Assembly: GCA_964010765.1 (NCBI GenBank) | Contig: CAXGMD010000007.1 | Location: forward strand, 678-64,677 | DNA: 64,000 nt | Direction: 5' to 3' | Origin: an uncultured bacterium | Lineage (GTDB): Bacteria > SAR324 > NAC60-12 | Part shown: positions 1 through 11,215 of the stretch, piece after piece | Numbering within the stretch: the first letter of the stretch is position 1 | Layout of the letters: the number at the start of each line of letters is the position of its first letter | Position numbers and translations under genes: made by a program | Notes under the pieces: generated by a model | The model's database searches: none | What the model was told of the DNA's origin: nothing | What the model saw: the letters and a program-made list of their open reading frames with translations, nothing else

Positions 1-7
1 AGGTTGA

Positions 8-1015
8 ATGGCCGTCGGTAAACTAACTGGACCCAAAAAAGCTGCAATCCTCTTACTTGCGCTAGGCGAAGAGGGAGCAGCAGAAGTCATGAAGAACTTG
101 GAAGAAGCAGAAATTCAGCAGGTCGGCTACTACATGACCCGATTCAATGACATTTCTTCGGAGGAACTGGATCAAGTTTTAGAGGAATTTTACAGACAAT
201 CTATTTCTGACGGAGGTGGTGGAGATTTAATGGCTTCACCAGACTTCGTCAAAAACGCTCTGAACGCTGCTTTGGGAGCAGAAAAAGCTAAGGAGTTGAC
301 TGGGTCGATGAATGCGTCTGATCAAGATGTTGGATTGGACGCACTGCAGTACATGGATCCAGTAATGATTTCAAATTATATCCGCACTGAACATCCTCAG
401 ACCATTGCCCTCATTATTTCCTATCTTACAAATATTGACCAAGCAGCAGGGGTGCTCAGAACCTTGCCAGAAAACCTGCAGGCTGATGTTGTATACAGAA
501 TTGCTTCTCTAGACAGTATTCCTCCTGGGGTTGTGAACGAACTCAACGAGGTTCTCTCGGATGAAATGAAACAAGCCGGCAGTATGGTTACAAAGGTGGG
601 TGGTGTGGCACCGGTGGCTGAAATTCTGAACTCTATTGACAAGGCTTCGGAGACAAGAATCCTTTCAACAATCGAAGAATCTAATCCAGATCTGGCAGAA
701 AAAATACGTGAGTTAATGTTCACCTTTGAGGATTTGACTTTGATTGATAGCAAGCAGATGCAAACTGTCCTGAAGGATGTTGACAAAGCTGATTTGGCAA
801 TGGCTCTGAAGACCGCCAGTGATGCTGTTCGTGAATTGATCATGAAGTCAATGTCCACAAGAGCAGCAGAAATGTTGAACGATGACCTTGAAAATATGGG
901 ACCAGTTAAGGTCTCTGACGTTGAAACTGCTCAACAGAAAATTATTAAGATCGTGAAGAAGCTAGAAGAGGAAGGAAAACTCATCATGGCAGGTGCCGGT
1001 GAGGATGTTGTTTAA
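8..1015 (+). CDS. fliG: Flagellar motor switch protein FliG
   Basis: N-terminal KAAILLLALG, middle EHPQTIALI motif, GG linker (KVGGVAPVAEILN), C-terminal MFTFEDL...MSTRAAEML...GPVKVSDVETAQQKI. Confidence 0.95.
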   Translation: MAVGKLTGPKKAAILLLALGEEGAAEVMKNLEEAEIQQVGYYMTRFNDISSEELDQVLEEFYRQSISDGGGGDLMASPDFVKNALNAALGAEKAKELTGSMNASDQDVGLDALQYMDPVMISNYIRTEHPQTIALIISYLTNIDQAAGVLRTLPENLQADVVYRIASLDSIPPGVVNELNEVLSDEMKQAGSMVTKVGGVAPVAEILNSIDKASETRILSTIEESNPDLAEKIRELMFTFEDLTLIDSKQMQTVLKDVDKADLAMALKTASDAVRELIMKSMSTRAAEMLNDDLENMGPVKVSDVETAQQKIIKIVKKLEEEGKLIMAGAGEDVV

Positions 1016-1051
1016 TTCCCTGCAATTTTTACAAATCCTATCTAGAACCGA

Positions 1052-1984
1052 ATGAACAAAGTTCCCACCTTACAGGACATCATCATGACCCTGCACCAAT
1101 TTTGGAACGAGCAGGGCTGCTTGCTGATGAACCCATATGACATTGAGACAGGTGCGGGTACGATGAATCCGATGACCACTCTTCGTACTCTTGGTCCTGA
1201 AGAGTGGAATGTTGCTTACGTAGAACCTTCCAGAAGACCGGCCGATGGTAGATATGGAGAGAATCCAAATCGGCTGTATCAACATCATCAGTACCAAGTC
1301 ATCCTTAAGCCATCTCCAGCAAATGTTCAGGAATTGTACTTGGATTCATTGTATCGTCTGGGGATTGATCCCCTGGAGCACGATATTCGTTTTGTTGAAG
1401 ATAATTGGGAAGCTCCCACCCTAGGAGCCTGGGGGCTGGGTTGGGAAGTCTGGCTGGATGGGATGGAGGTAACTCAATTCACCTACTTTCAACAGGTGGG
1501 GGGACTTGAATGCCATCCGGTTGCTGCTGAATTAACTTACGGGCTGGAACGCTTGGCAACCTATTTACAAAACAAAGAGAACGTTTTTGATATTGAATTC
1601 ACTGAGGGTGTAAGCTACGGAGCGATTTTCAAACATCCTGAATATGAGCACTCGAAATATACTTTTGAGATTGCGGATGCGGATCAATTAGTCCGATGGT
1701 TTGATGAGTTCGAACAGGAATCAGGCAGGGCTCTCGCAAGTAACCTCGTGTTCCCAGCTTTTGATTATGTTTTGAAGTGTTCGCATACGTTCAATCTTTT
1801 GGATGCTGGTGGAGCGATCAGTGTTTCAGCAAGGGCTGGCTATATCGGTCGGGTGAGGTCTTTGGCACAACGGGTTTGTAAATTATTTCTGGAGGAAAGA
1901 CGAAAACTTGGTTTTCCTCTGATGAAAGATCGAGATGCAGCTGAGGTTTGGGTTGAACAGCTAGCGCCCAAAGAGGCGGCGTGA
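1052..1984 (+). CDS. glyQ: Glycine--tRNA ligase alpha subunit
   Basis: [68 protein letters not shown] motifs. Confidence 0.97.
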   Translation: MNKVPTLQDIIMTLHQFWNEQGCLLMNPYDIETGAGTMNPMTTLRTLGPEEWNVAYVEPSRRPADGRYGENPNRLYQHHQYQVILKPSPANVQELYLDSLYRLGIDPLEHDIRFVEDNWEAPTLGAWGLGWEVWLDGMEVTQFTYFQQVGGLECHPVAAELTYGLERLATYLQNKENVFDIEFTEGVSYGAIFKHPEYEHSKYTFEIADADQLVRWFDEFEQESGRALASNLVFPAFDYVLKCSHTFNLLDAGGAISVSARAGYIGRVRSLAQRVCKLFLEERRKLGFPLMKDRDAAEVWVEQLAPKEAA

Positions 1985-4053
1985 ACTCATTTTTACTAGA
2001 AATTGGGCTCGAGGAAGTTCCAGCTTCGATGATCCAACCCTCAATTGAACAACTCAAAGAACTTGTTGCAAAAACCCTCAAACAAGAAAATCTGAGTGGC
2101 CAAATTGAGATTTTTGGGACGCCAAGGCGATTTGGGCTGCTTGTCCGTAATTTGCCAGCTTCACAAGCTAATCGAATTGAGGAGATCAAGGGCCCACCCG
2201 TTGAAATGGCCAAGGATGAGAAAGGCCATTGGAAACAAGCTGCTATTGGATTTGCGAAGAAAAATGGAATTGATCCCGAAAAACTAGAAGTTCGAGATTT
2301 TTCAGGCAAGGAATATCTCTACGCTATCAAGCATTTGGAGGGAAAAACCACAAATGAGATCCTAGAAACATCGATTGTGGAATGGATTCATGCTTTGCGT
2401 TTTCCAAAAAATATGCGCTGGGGATCTTACCGCCAACGCTTTGTTCGTCCAATTCGTTGGTTAACTTGCCTTTGGAATAGTGAAGTTGTTCCTGTTGAAC
2501 TCGAAATGTTGAGAAGCGGCAATCAAAGCTTTGGGCATCGATTTCTTAGTAAAGACTCTTTTACCATTGATCAGGCAGACGAATATGAGAATAAACTCAG
2601 AGATCAATGGGTGATCGCTTCTCCTTCTAAGCGTCGTGCAAGAATAGAAGAACAAATCCAGGAACTCGAGAGAAAATACATTTGGCGTGTTGAAATTGAT
2701 CCAGCACTGCTGATGGAAGTGACAAACTTAGTTGAATGGCCAACAGCCTTGGTTGGTAGTTTTGAGGAAGCCTTTTTAGAACTGCCCAATGAGGTTCTGG
2801 TGACTTCAATGGCGGTTCACCAGCGTTATTTTCCTGTATATGAAAAAGATAGCACCAACCTTCTGCCGCACTTTATTACGATACGAAATGGAAACGAACA
2901 TGGTTTGGATACAGTCCGGCAGGGAAATGAGAGGGTAATCAGGGCCAGACTGAGTGATGCCCGCTTCTTCTATCAGGAGGATCAAAAAGGGGCTTTAGAG
3001 GATTTTGAAAAAAAAGCAGCTAACGCGATCTTCTTCCCAGAAAGAGGAAGCCAACAAGATCGTACAGAGAGAATTCAGTTGATAACGGAAAGATTCTCCA
3101 ACGGTCTTCTGCTGGACCAAAAAGGACAGGAGGAAGCAAAAAAAATCGCCAAACTCTGTAAGTTCGATTTGCAAACGCAAATGGTTTATGAATTCCCTGA
3201 ATTGCAGGGAATCATGGGAGAGAGGTACGCGAAAATTTTGGGGGAGTCTGAGAGAGTTTGCAGAGGGATAAGAGAGCACTACTTGCCAGGAAATGCGGAG
3301 GATCATCTTCCTCAAGACCCAATTACCTGGCCAGTTGCATTGGCTGATCGGATTGATTCGTTATCGGTTGCTTTTTCACTAGGAAAAATTCCCACGGGTG
3401 CAGCTGATCCCTTTGCATTGCGTAGAGCCGCACAAGGAATTCTCCAACTGATCTTGGGACTTAAACTTCCCTTGAGTCTGAATTATCTGATCGATCAATC
3501 ATTAGGAGTACTTAAAGATCAACAGTCTCTGGAATTGGACTGGTCAACCATTCATGAACAATTGCTAGAATTTCTTCAACAAAGACAAAGATATCTGCTT
3601 CAGGATCAATATGGGTTTCAACCGGATCTTATTCTTGCCTTAGAGAAGGGTAGTTTAGTTCCAGCTTCACAGTTGGAACTTGGGAAGCAACTGAGGAGAG
3701 AATTTAAAAATGAAGCCCTCAAGAAAGCCCTTGACGCACTCCAAAGACCCCTCAATATTTGGGCAAAAAATTCAGATACTAATTTGAATGCAGTAAATTC
3801 AGAAAATTTCAGAGATGATGCTGAAAAAGAACTTTGGGATGCTGCTCAGCAACTGACAAATGACTCTCAGGGAAGTTCAGACTTTGTCAATCGGGCGATT
3901 TCTTTGGAATCAAAAATTGAGAGGTTTTTCGAAAATGTCATGGTGATGGATGAAGATCTCTCAGTCCGATCAAATAGACTAAATATTTGTAAGCAGATTC
4001 ACGATTGGTCACTACAATATCTTGATCTTCGAGAGTTTCACATTCAGAAATAA
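1981..4053 (+). CDS. glyS: Glycine--tRNA ligase beta subunit
   Basis: [19 protein letters not shown]...[42 protein letters not shown]; GTGA overlap with glyQ. Confidence 0.95.
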   Translation: MNSFLLEIGLEEVPASMIQPSIEQLKELVAKTLKQENLSGQIEIFGTPRRFGLLVRNLPASQANRIEEIKGPPVEMAKDEKGHWKQAAIGFAKKNGIDPEKLEVRDFSGKEYLYAIKHLEGKTTNEILETSIVEWIHALRFPKNMRWGSYRQRFVRPIRWLTCLWNSEVVPVELEMLRSGNQSFGHRFLSKDSFTIDQADEYENKLRDQWVIASPSKRRARIEEQIQELERKYIWRVEIDPALLMEVTNLVEWPTALVGSFEEAFLELPNEVLVTSMAVHQRYFPVYEKDSTNLLPHFITIRNGNEHGLDTVRQGNERVIRARLSDARFFYQEDQKGALEDFEKKAANAIFFPERGSQQDRTERIQLITERFSNGLLLDQKGQEEAKKIAKLCKFDLQTQMVYEFPELQGIMGERYAKILGESERVCRGIREHYLPGNAEDHLPQDPITWPVALADRIDSLSVAFSLGKIPTGAADPFALRRAAQGILQLILGLKLPLSLNYLIDQSLGVLKDQQSLELDWSTIHEQLLEFLQQRQRYLLQDQYGFQPDLILALEKGSLVPASQLELGKQLRREFKNEALKKALDALQRPLNIWAKNSDTNLNAVNSENFRDDAEKELWDAAQQLTNDSQGSSDFVNRAISLESKIERFFENVMVMDEDLSVRSNRLNICKQIHDWSLQYLDLREFHIQK

Positions 4054-4090
4054 TTGAAAAAACATCCTAAAGATCAAGGATTCTCGAAGT

Positions 4091-4873
4091 CTAAATAGGC
4101 AGTTCCTCCAATAAATTGAGATTAAATCTTCTCGCCAATTGTTCTGTCTCATCTAATTTACCTGCTACATCTTTCGGATGATGAGCATCTGAGTTACAAA
4201 TCACCTTGATTGGATACTCTTGGGCTATCTCCCAAAAAGGTATCCAGGGATATTGGGGCCTTGGGCCTTCGGATGTCTGCTTAGGTATTTTTCTTAGACC
4301 AAGTCCATTGATCTCAAGTGGTATACCAGTTTCCACAGCAGCCTGCAGGATGTCATGTGAACATTCTGTAAGATCATCATTCCATTTATCATTACTGCAG
4401 CCAAAGATATCTGGGTGGGCGATGAATGCAAAGAGCCCCGTGGACATGATTTTTCCTAAAAAAGATGCATAGGCTCTCAGATGTGCTGCTTTGTTCAATT
4501 CTTCAAATGAATTGAGCCACCCTCCTTCAAATGGGGTGTAGTGCCCTGCTCCAATCAGATAATCAAACCCCCGTACACCTAAAAGTTCATCTTCTAGGTA
4601 GCTATGAAATTCCTCGACATACTCGCATTCCATCCCTTTTAAAATTGTCAAATCGGGACACTCCTTTCGAGCAAGTTCAATGGCTTCTTCGTAATCATCT
4701 AATTCTGGCATCGACATTCTTACGTTGTTCCAGCGATTATCGGGCAGTGCGGCGTGATCAGACATTCCCAACGTAGTCAGACCGCCATCAATCGCAGCTT
4801 TAGCGTAGTCAATCACATCACCCGTGGCGTGCTGACACCGATACGTATGGGTATGGTAGTTTCTTTGGAGCAT
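4091..4873 (-). CDS. PHP-domain phosphoesterase, histidinol-phosphatase (HisK/HisJ)-like
   Basis: NYHTHT, GMSDH, GMECE, IAHPD, NSDAH metal-binding motifs. Confidence 0.8.
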   Translation of the reverse strand: MLQRNYHTHTYRCQHATGDVIDYAKAAIDGGLTTLGMSDHAALPDNRWNNVRMSMPELDDYEEAIELARKECPDLTILKGMECEYVEEFHSYLEDELLGVRGFDYLIGAGHYTPFEGGWLNSFEELNKAAHLRAYASFLGKIMSTGLFAFIAHPDIFGCSNDKWNDDLTECSHDILQAAVETGIPLEINGLGLRKIPKQTSEGPRPQYPWIPFWEIAQEYPIKVICNSDAHHPKDVAGKLDETEQLARRFNLNLLEELPI

Positions 4874-4973
4874 TTACTTTCTCTGTTTTTGCCGAAGGGT
4901 TAGTTGCTTCAAAAATGAATCGCGTCAAATTCTTGGTAGGCAGTCTATCTGTAAGTATTTAGATTACGCAGAA

Positions 4974-5819
4974 TTATTTGCAAAGAGCTTTCGCGTGATG
5001 TCGAATATGGTCTTCCATGAAGGTGGCGATAAAGTAGTAGCTATGATCATAGCCTTTCTGCAGCCTTAAATTTTCACGGAGACCCTTTTCTGATGCTATT
5101 TGACAAAAAAGATCAAAATTAAGTTCTTTCTCCAAAAATTGATCAGCATCCCCTTGATCCACTAACAGTGGAATTTGCCCAGATGTTTGACTGAACAACT
5201 CATGACTATCATAACTTTTCCAGTCTTCGCTGTTTTCACCCAGATAATTGCTGAATGCTTTTCGACCCCAATCACACTGCGAAGGGGCATAAATTGGGGC
5301 AAATGCCGAAACAGATTTAAATCGATCAGGATTTCTGAGCGCAATCATCAAAGCACCATGTCCTCCCATACTGTGCCCAAAAATTCCTTGCCGATCTGAT
5401 ATAATATCAAATTGCTCAGCAACTAAATTGGGAAGCTCCTCGACGATGTAATCGTACATGTTGTAGTGCTTGGACCATTTTTCCTGTGTTGCGTTTACGT
5501 AAAAACCAGCTCCAGTGCCAAGGTCGTAACTTTCTTCTTCTCCCTCAATTCCTGCCCCTCTAGGGCTGGTGTCGGGTGCAACCAGCATGATTCCGTGTTC
5601 AGCAGCAAACTTTTGAGCCCCAGCCTTGGTAATGAAGTTTTCATGGGTGCAGGTCAGTCCAGAAAGCCAGGTCAGGGCTGGTACAGGCCCCTTTTCCATT
5701 TGTGGTGGGAGAAAGACTGAAAACTTCATGATGCAAGAGCAAGACTTTGAATCATGCTGGAACATTTTTGTCAAGCCACCAAAGCTCTTGCTTTCTACAA
5801 TTTTTTCAAGTTGTGCCAT
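4974..5819 (-). CDS. fghA: S-formylglutathione hydrolase
   Basis: LSGLTCT, PDTSPRG, GAGFYVNAT, GHSMGGHGA nucleophile motif, GYDHSYYF; directly downstream of class III ADH. Confidence 0.95.
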   Translation of the reverse strand: MAQLEKIVESKSFGGLTKMFQHDSKSCSCIMKFSVFLPPQMEKGPVPALTWLSGLTCTHENFITKAGAQKFAAEHGIMLVAPDTSPRGAGIEGEEESYDLGTGAGFYVNATQEKWSKHYNMYDYIVEELPNLVAEQFDIISDRQGIFGHSMGGHGALMIALRNPDRFKSVSAFAPIYAPSQCDWGRKAFSNYLGENSEDWKSYDSHELFSQTSGQIPLLVDQGDADQFLEKELNFDLFCQIASEKGLRENLRLQKGYDHSYYFIATFMEDHIRHHAKALCK

Positions 5820-5830
5820 CAGGATTCCAA

Positions 5831-6940
<1,110 letters not shown>

Positions 6941-7269
6941 TTAAAACCTTTCATGTTGATAATTTAGTGAAATATTTCAATTGGAGCATGACGGATTTTC
7001 TCCAAATCTTGATGCTGTATATGGGTTGATTTCAAACAATCTTTTATTTTGGCTTTTAAACTGAGCCTGATGATAGGTGCCCGAGTGACTACAAGCAAGA
7101 ATTTTGGCTAAATTGGGATATTATGATTACATATTGCTCAGAAAAGATTTTTTTTAAATCTTATTTGTTCTGTAAAATCAAACACTCTAAGATTCAGAAA
7201 ACTTGTGATCGATCAATGAATCACTTAGGAATTGTTCCATTAAATATTTCTTTAGCTTGGGGAAATTAG

Positions 7270-9540
7270 ATGTCCAGAGAGTTCGATCTACAGAAAAACG
7301 TTCAGAAATATGATGGCCCTGCAGCTGGATGGGGTGCTCTCTTAGCGAGTGCCCAGACACTAAACCAAGAGAAGGCAATCAACGCAATCCCAGCTTTGAT
7401 AAAAATGAATCAACCTTCAGGCTTTGATTGCCCGGGATGCGCCTGGCCAGAGCCTGAAAAAACATCTATCGCAGAGTTTTGTGAGAATGGGGTTAAAGCG
7501 ATAGCTGCAGAGTGTACTCGCAAGCGCGTTAGCAGAATGTTTTTTGGGAGCCGTACAGTAGAATCGCTGAGATCTTGGTCTGACTATGATTTGGAACAGC
7601 AAGGACGATTGACCGAACCCATGGCTTATGATGAACAAACTGATCGATACACCCCAATCAGTTGGAATGACGCATTCAATTTGATAGCAGAAAATCTATG
7701 TGCCTTGGAAAATCCAAACCAGGCAGTCTTCTACACTTCTGGGCGAACTAGTAACGAAGCTGCCTTTCTATGGCAACTCTTTGGCAGAACACTTGGTACA
7801 AACAATTTTCCAGACTGTTCAAATATGTGCCATGAGTCAAGTGGAGTAGCTCTAACCGAGTCAATAGGGATTGGTAAGGGTACTGTTCAACTGGAGGACT
7901 TTGAGGAGGTAGACTTGATCTTTGTGATCGGCCAAAATCCGGGTACGAACCACCCAAGAATGCTCTCAGTCCTTCAGCAAGCTGCTCGCAGAGGATGCCA
8001 AATCGTGACATTTAATCCAATCCTGGAACGTGGGCTTGAAAAGTTTATTCATCCTCAAGAAGCCCTTCAAATGATGACAGGGACATCGTCCTCCATCTCT
8101 ACTCACTACTTCCAACCAATAATTGGGGGTGATTTGGCTTTGCTTCAGGGTTTGATCAAGGCTGTCCTTGGAGTTGAAGAAACTCAAAAAAACGTTCTGG
8201 ACAAAGAATTTCTTGAAAATCACACATCTGGTCTTTCAGAACTGAAAGATGAAATTGGAAAAACAGATTGGACCGTTATTGAATCTGAATCAGGTCTTTC
8301 CAGAACCCAGATTGAAGAAGTTGCATCTCTCTATTGTAATTCGCAACGAGTCATTGCCTGCTGGGCCATGGGACTCACTCAGCAGAAACATGCTGTCTCT
8401 ACGATTCAGAGTATCGTAAATCTATTGCTTCTTCGAGGAAATATTGGGAGGCCAGGAACAGGGGTTTGTCCAGTCAGAGGTCACAGCAATGTCCAAGGGG
8501 ATCGGACAGTTGGAATCACTGAGCACCCAAGCGAGTCTTTCCTAAAAAAGCTGGATCATCAGTTTGGGATATCCTCCCCAAGAGATTCTGGTTTTAACAC
8601 GGTCCAAACCATTCAAGCGATGGAGTCAGAAAGTGTTAGGGTATTCATGGCAATGGGGGGTAATTTTGCCAGAGCTACACCGGATAGCTCAAGAACTGAG
8701 GAGGCGCTAAAGAAATGCGATTTGACTGTGCAGGTCACAACAAAGTTGAACAAATCTCATTTAGCTCATGGGAAAAAGGCACTGATTTTACCTTGTTTGG
8801 GGCGCTCAGAGTTGGATGTTCAAGCTTCTGGGGAACAGTCTGTGACAGTTGAGGACTCAATGGGGGCGGTTCATGCTTCTCAAGGAACAAACCAGCCAGC
8901 CTCTGCCAATCTGAAGTCAGAAGTTGCAATTGTTGCAGGAATGGCGAAAGCGACTTTCCCGGAGAACAAAAAAATGTGGACAGTGCTTCAGGATGACTAT
9001 CGATTGATTCGGGATAAGATCGAGGCTGTGCTGCCAGAATTATTTTCAGATTATAATAGAAAAATAAACCAACCAGGTGGTTTCCGACTTTTTAATTCAG
9101 CAGTTGCAAGAAAATGGAACACAAAAACTGGTAAAGCTCGCTTTATTTCTAAGCCTTTACAACGTCTCCAGCTTCCCACTGGCCAATTAAGACTGATGAC
9201 GATTCGTTCACATGATCAATACAACACAACAATATACGGAATGAATGACCGCTATCGAGGAATTTTTGGAACTCGCAGGATCATATTCATGAATTTGAAA
9301 GACATGGAATCCCTAGGAATTGAGCACGGCCAAGAAGTTGTCATCCAAAGTCACATGGAAGACGGTAGGAAACGTCAAGTCTGTGGATTTCATGCAGTGC
9401 GATATAATATTCCACAAGGATGTGCAGCATCTTATTTCCCCGAGACAAATGAATTGATTGCCGTTGAATACTGCGCTGACAGGAGTTTTACCCCAATCTC
9501 GAAGTTGATTCCTGTGACGGTTCACAAATCGATGGATTAA
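7270..9540 (+). CDS. FdhF/YdeP-family molybdopterin oxidoreductase (formate dehydrogenase-like)
   Basis: GFDCPGCAWP, EFCENGVKA, FYTSGRTSNEAAF, PDCSNMCHESSG (Cys ligand), GHSNVQGDR, TIRSHDQYNTTIYG. Confidence 0.9.
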   Translation: MSREFDLQKNVQKYDGPAAGWGALLASAQTLNQEKAINAIPALIKMNQPSGFDCPGCAWPEPEKTSIAEFCENGVKAIAAECTRKRVSRMFFGSRTVESLRSWSDYDLEQQGRLTEPMAYDEQTDRYTPISWNDAFNLIAENLCALENPNQAVFYTSGRTSNEAAFLWQLFGRTLGTNNFPDCSNMCHESSGVALTESIGIGKGTVQLEDFEEVDLIFVIGQNPGTNHPRMLSVLQQAARRGCQIVTFNPILERGLEKFIHPQEALQMMTGTSSSISTHYFQPIIGGDLALLQGLIKAVLGVEETQKNVLDKEFLENHTSGLSELKDEIGKTDWTVIESESGLSRTQIEEVASLYCNSQRVIACWAMGLTQQKHAVSTIQSIVNLLLLRGNIGRPGTGVCPVRGHSNVQGDRTVGITEHPSESFLKKLDHQFGISSPRDSGFNTVQTIQAMESESVRVFMAMGGNFARATPDSSRTEEALKKCDLTVQVTTKLNKSHLAHGKKALILPCLGRSELDVQASGEQSVTVEDSMGAVHASQGTNQPASANLKSEVAIVAGMAKATFPENKKMWTVLQDDYRLIRDKIEAVLPELFSDYNRKINQPGGFRLFNSAVARKWNTKTGKARFISKPLQRLQLPTGQLRLMTIRSHDQYNTTIYGMNDRYRGIFGTRRIIFMNLKDMESLGIEHGQEVVIQSHMEDGRKRQVCGFHAVRYNIPQGCAASYFPETNELIAVEYCADRSFTPISKLIPVTVHKSMD

Positions 9541-9558
9541 ACTGTATTTTCACGAGGT

Positions 9559-10314
9559 GTGATGATGAAACATATACTAATTACTGGAGGTGGTACTGGA
9601 ATTGGGCGGGCCCTTGCGGGGAGATTTGCTGACAAAGGGTGGCGGGTGACGATTGTCGGTCGTCGTTTAAATTTGTTGCAGGAAGTGGCTCGAGATTACC
9701 CAGATAAGATTTCAATCATCTCAGCAGATGTAGGGAGCATTCAAGATCGTCAAAAGATAGTTTCCGAAGCAAAGGGGACCTTGGATTTGTTGGTACATAA
9801 TGCTGCTGTCTTAGGTCCTGTAGGGCCAATACTCGACCAGAGTCCAGAGGACTGGAAATCGCACATGGCAACTAACGTTGAGGGGCCTTTGTTTTTGACG
9901 CAAGCCTTACTGCTAAAACTTGTTGAAAATAGTCGAGTGGTTAATATCTCTAGTGGGGCTGCTCATCAAGGTATTCCTGGATGGGGAATGTATTGCACCT
10001 CCAAAGCTGCGTTATTTATGTTGGGACAATTGCTCAAAGATGAACTGGCACAAAGAAATATTTGGTTTGGAAGTGTACGACCCGGAATTGTGGATACACC
10101 GATGCAGGCGGAGATACGAGCTCTAGAACCAAAAGACTTTCCGATGGTTGAACAATTCCGACAATACAAAGCTACTGGAGCTTTAGTAACATCAGAGCTT
10201 GTTGCACAGTACCTCGAGTGGCTTTTGCTAGAAGTCTCTGGGCCACAACTAGGTGAACGAGAGTGGGATATTAGAGATGCTGAGTGGCAATCGGCTTGGC
10301 AGAAGTTGGCGTAA
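9559..10314 (+). CDS. Short-chain dehydrogenase/reductase (sepiapterin/benzil reductase-like)
   Basis: TGGGTGIG, NISSGAA, YCTSK catalytic motif, PGIVDTPMQAEIR. Confidence 0.8.
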   Translation: MMMKHILITGGGTGIGRALAGRFADKGWRVTIVGRRLNLLQEVARDYPDKISIISADVGSIQDRQKIVSEAKGTLDLLVHNAAVLGPVGPILDQSPEDWKSHMATNVEGPLFLTQALLLKLVENSRVVNISSGAAHQGIPGWGMYCTSKAALFMLGQLLKDELAQRNIWFGSVRPGIVDTPMQAEIRALEPKDFPMVEQFRQYKATGALVTSELVAQYLEWLLLEVSGPQLGEREWDIRDAEWQSAWQKLA

Positions 10315-10430
10315 TCTTCCCTTAAGGCGATATTTTTGAAAAGCAGAGACCCTTAGATTTATGTCAAACCTATTATCATTCCCATATGGTTGAGGAGTAA
10401 CTTAATCAAATACTTATCAGGTAAATTATT

Positions 10431-11213
10431 TCAAGCAGCTAGTTCTGCCTTCAAATTGCCCAATTCAGCGCCACCGGCCATCAATTTCTTGATTTCATCT
10501 CCCTCCAGTTCTTGTGCTGTCCCCCTACCAATCACCTCCCCAAGGCTGAGAAATGTGAAGCGGTCAGCAATCAGTTGGGCGTGAATTTCATTGTGGGTGA
10601 TTAGGATGATCGCAATATTCCCGAGCTTTTGGACGGTCCGAATGGTCTTTAACACCTCCATCTGTTGTTTCTGACCCAGAGCCGAAGTGGGCTCATCTAG
10701 GATTAAAATCTTCGCCCCAAAATAGATTGCTCTTGCAATAGCCAGAGTCTGTCGTTGTCCTCCTGACATAGTCCCGACAGGTTGATCTGGATTTGAGATG
10801 TGAATCCCAATCTTTTTCATCTCTGCAATCGTAATTGCGTTCATTTCCTTCATTTGCAACAATCCAAACGGTCCCAATCCCTTTTTAATCTCTCTGCCTA
10901 AAAAGAAATTCCTGGTCACTGAAGCCAAAGGGTTTAAAGCCAGATCCTGATATACGGTGCCTATACCTGCGTCAGAAGCTTCTCGAGGAGACTGGAATTG
11001 GACTATTTCTCCGTCAACCTTGATTTCACCACTTGTCGGTGGGTGTACTCCGGAGAGCGCTTTGATTAGCGTTGACTTTCCAGCACCGTTGTCGCCAAGG
11101 AGGGCATGTACTTCTCCAGGGTAGACATCAAGGTCAATTCCGTTCAGGGCAGTAAAACTCCCAAATCTCTTGACGAGATTTCGGACCTCTATAGAAGGCC
11201 TTTGAACACTCAT
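10431..11213 (-). CDS. Sugar ABC transporter ATP-binding protein (single NBD)
   Basis: Walker A GDNGAGKS, VYQDLAL, MSGGQRQ signature, ILDEPT. Confidence 0.9.
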   Translation of the reverse strand: MSVQRPSIEVRNLVKRFGSFTALNGIDLDVYPGEVHALLGDNGAGKSTLIKALSGVHPPTSGEIKVDGEIVQFQSPREASDAGIGTVYQDLALNPLASVTRNFFLGREIKKGLGPFGLLQMKEMNAITIAEMKKIGIHISNPDQPVGTMSGGQRQTLAIARAIYFGAKILILDEPTSALGQKQQMEVLKTIRTVQKLGNIAIILITHNEIHAQLIADRFTFLSLGEVIGRGTAQELEGDEIKKLMAGGAELGNLKAELAA

Positions 11214-11215
11214 AG

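Noticed and set aside
7270-9540. Selenocysteine or recoding in the formate dehydrogenase-like gene
   Set aside because: The ORF is uninterrupted and has Cys in the CSNMCHE motif.
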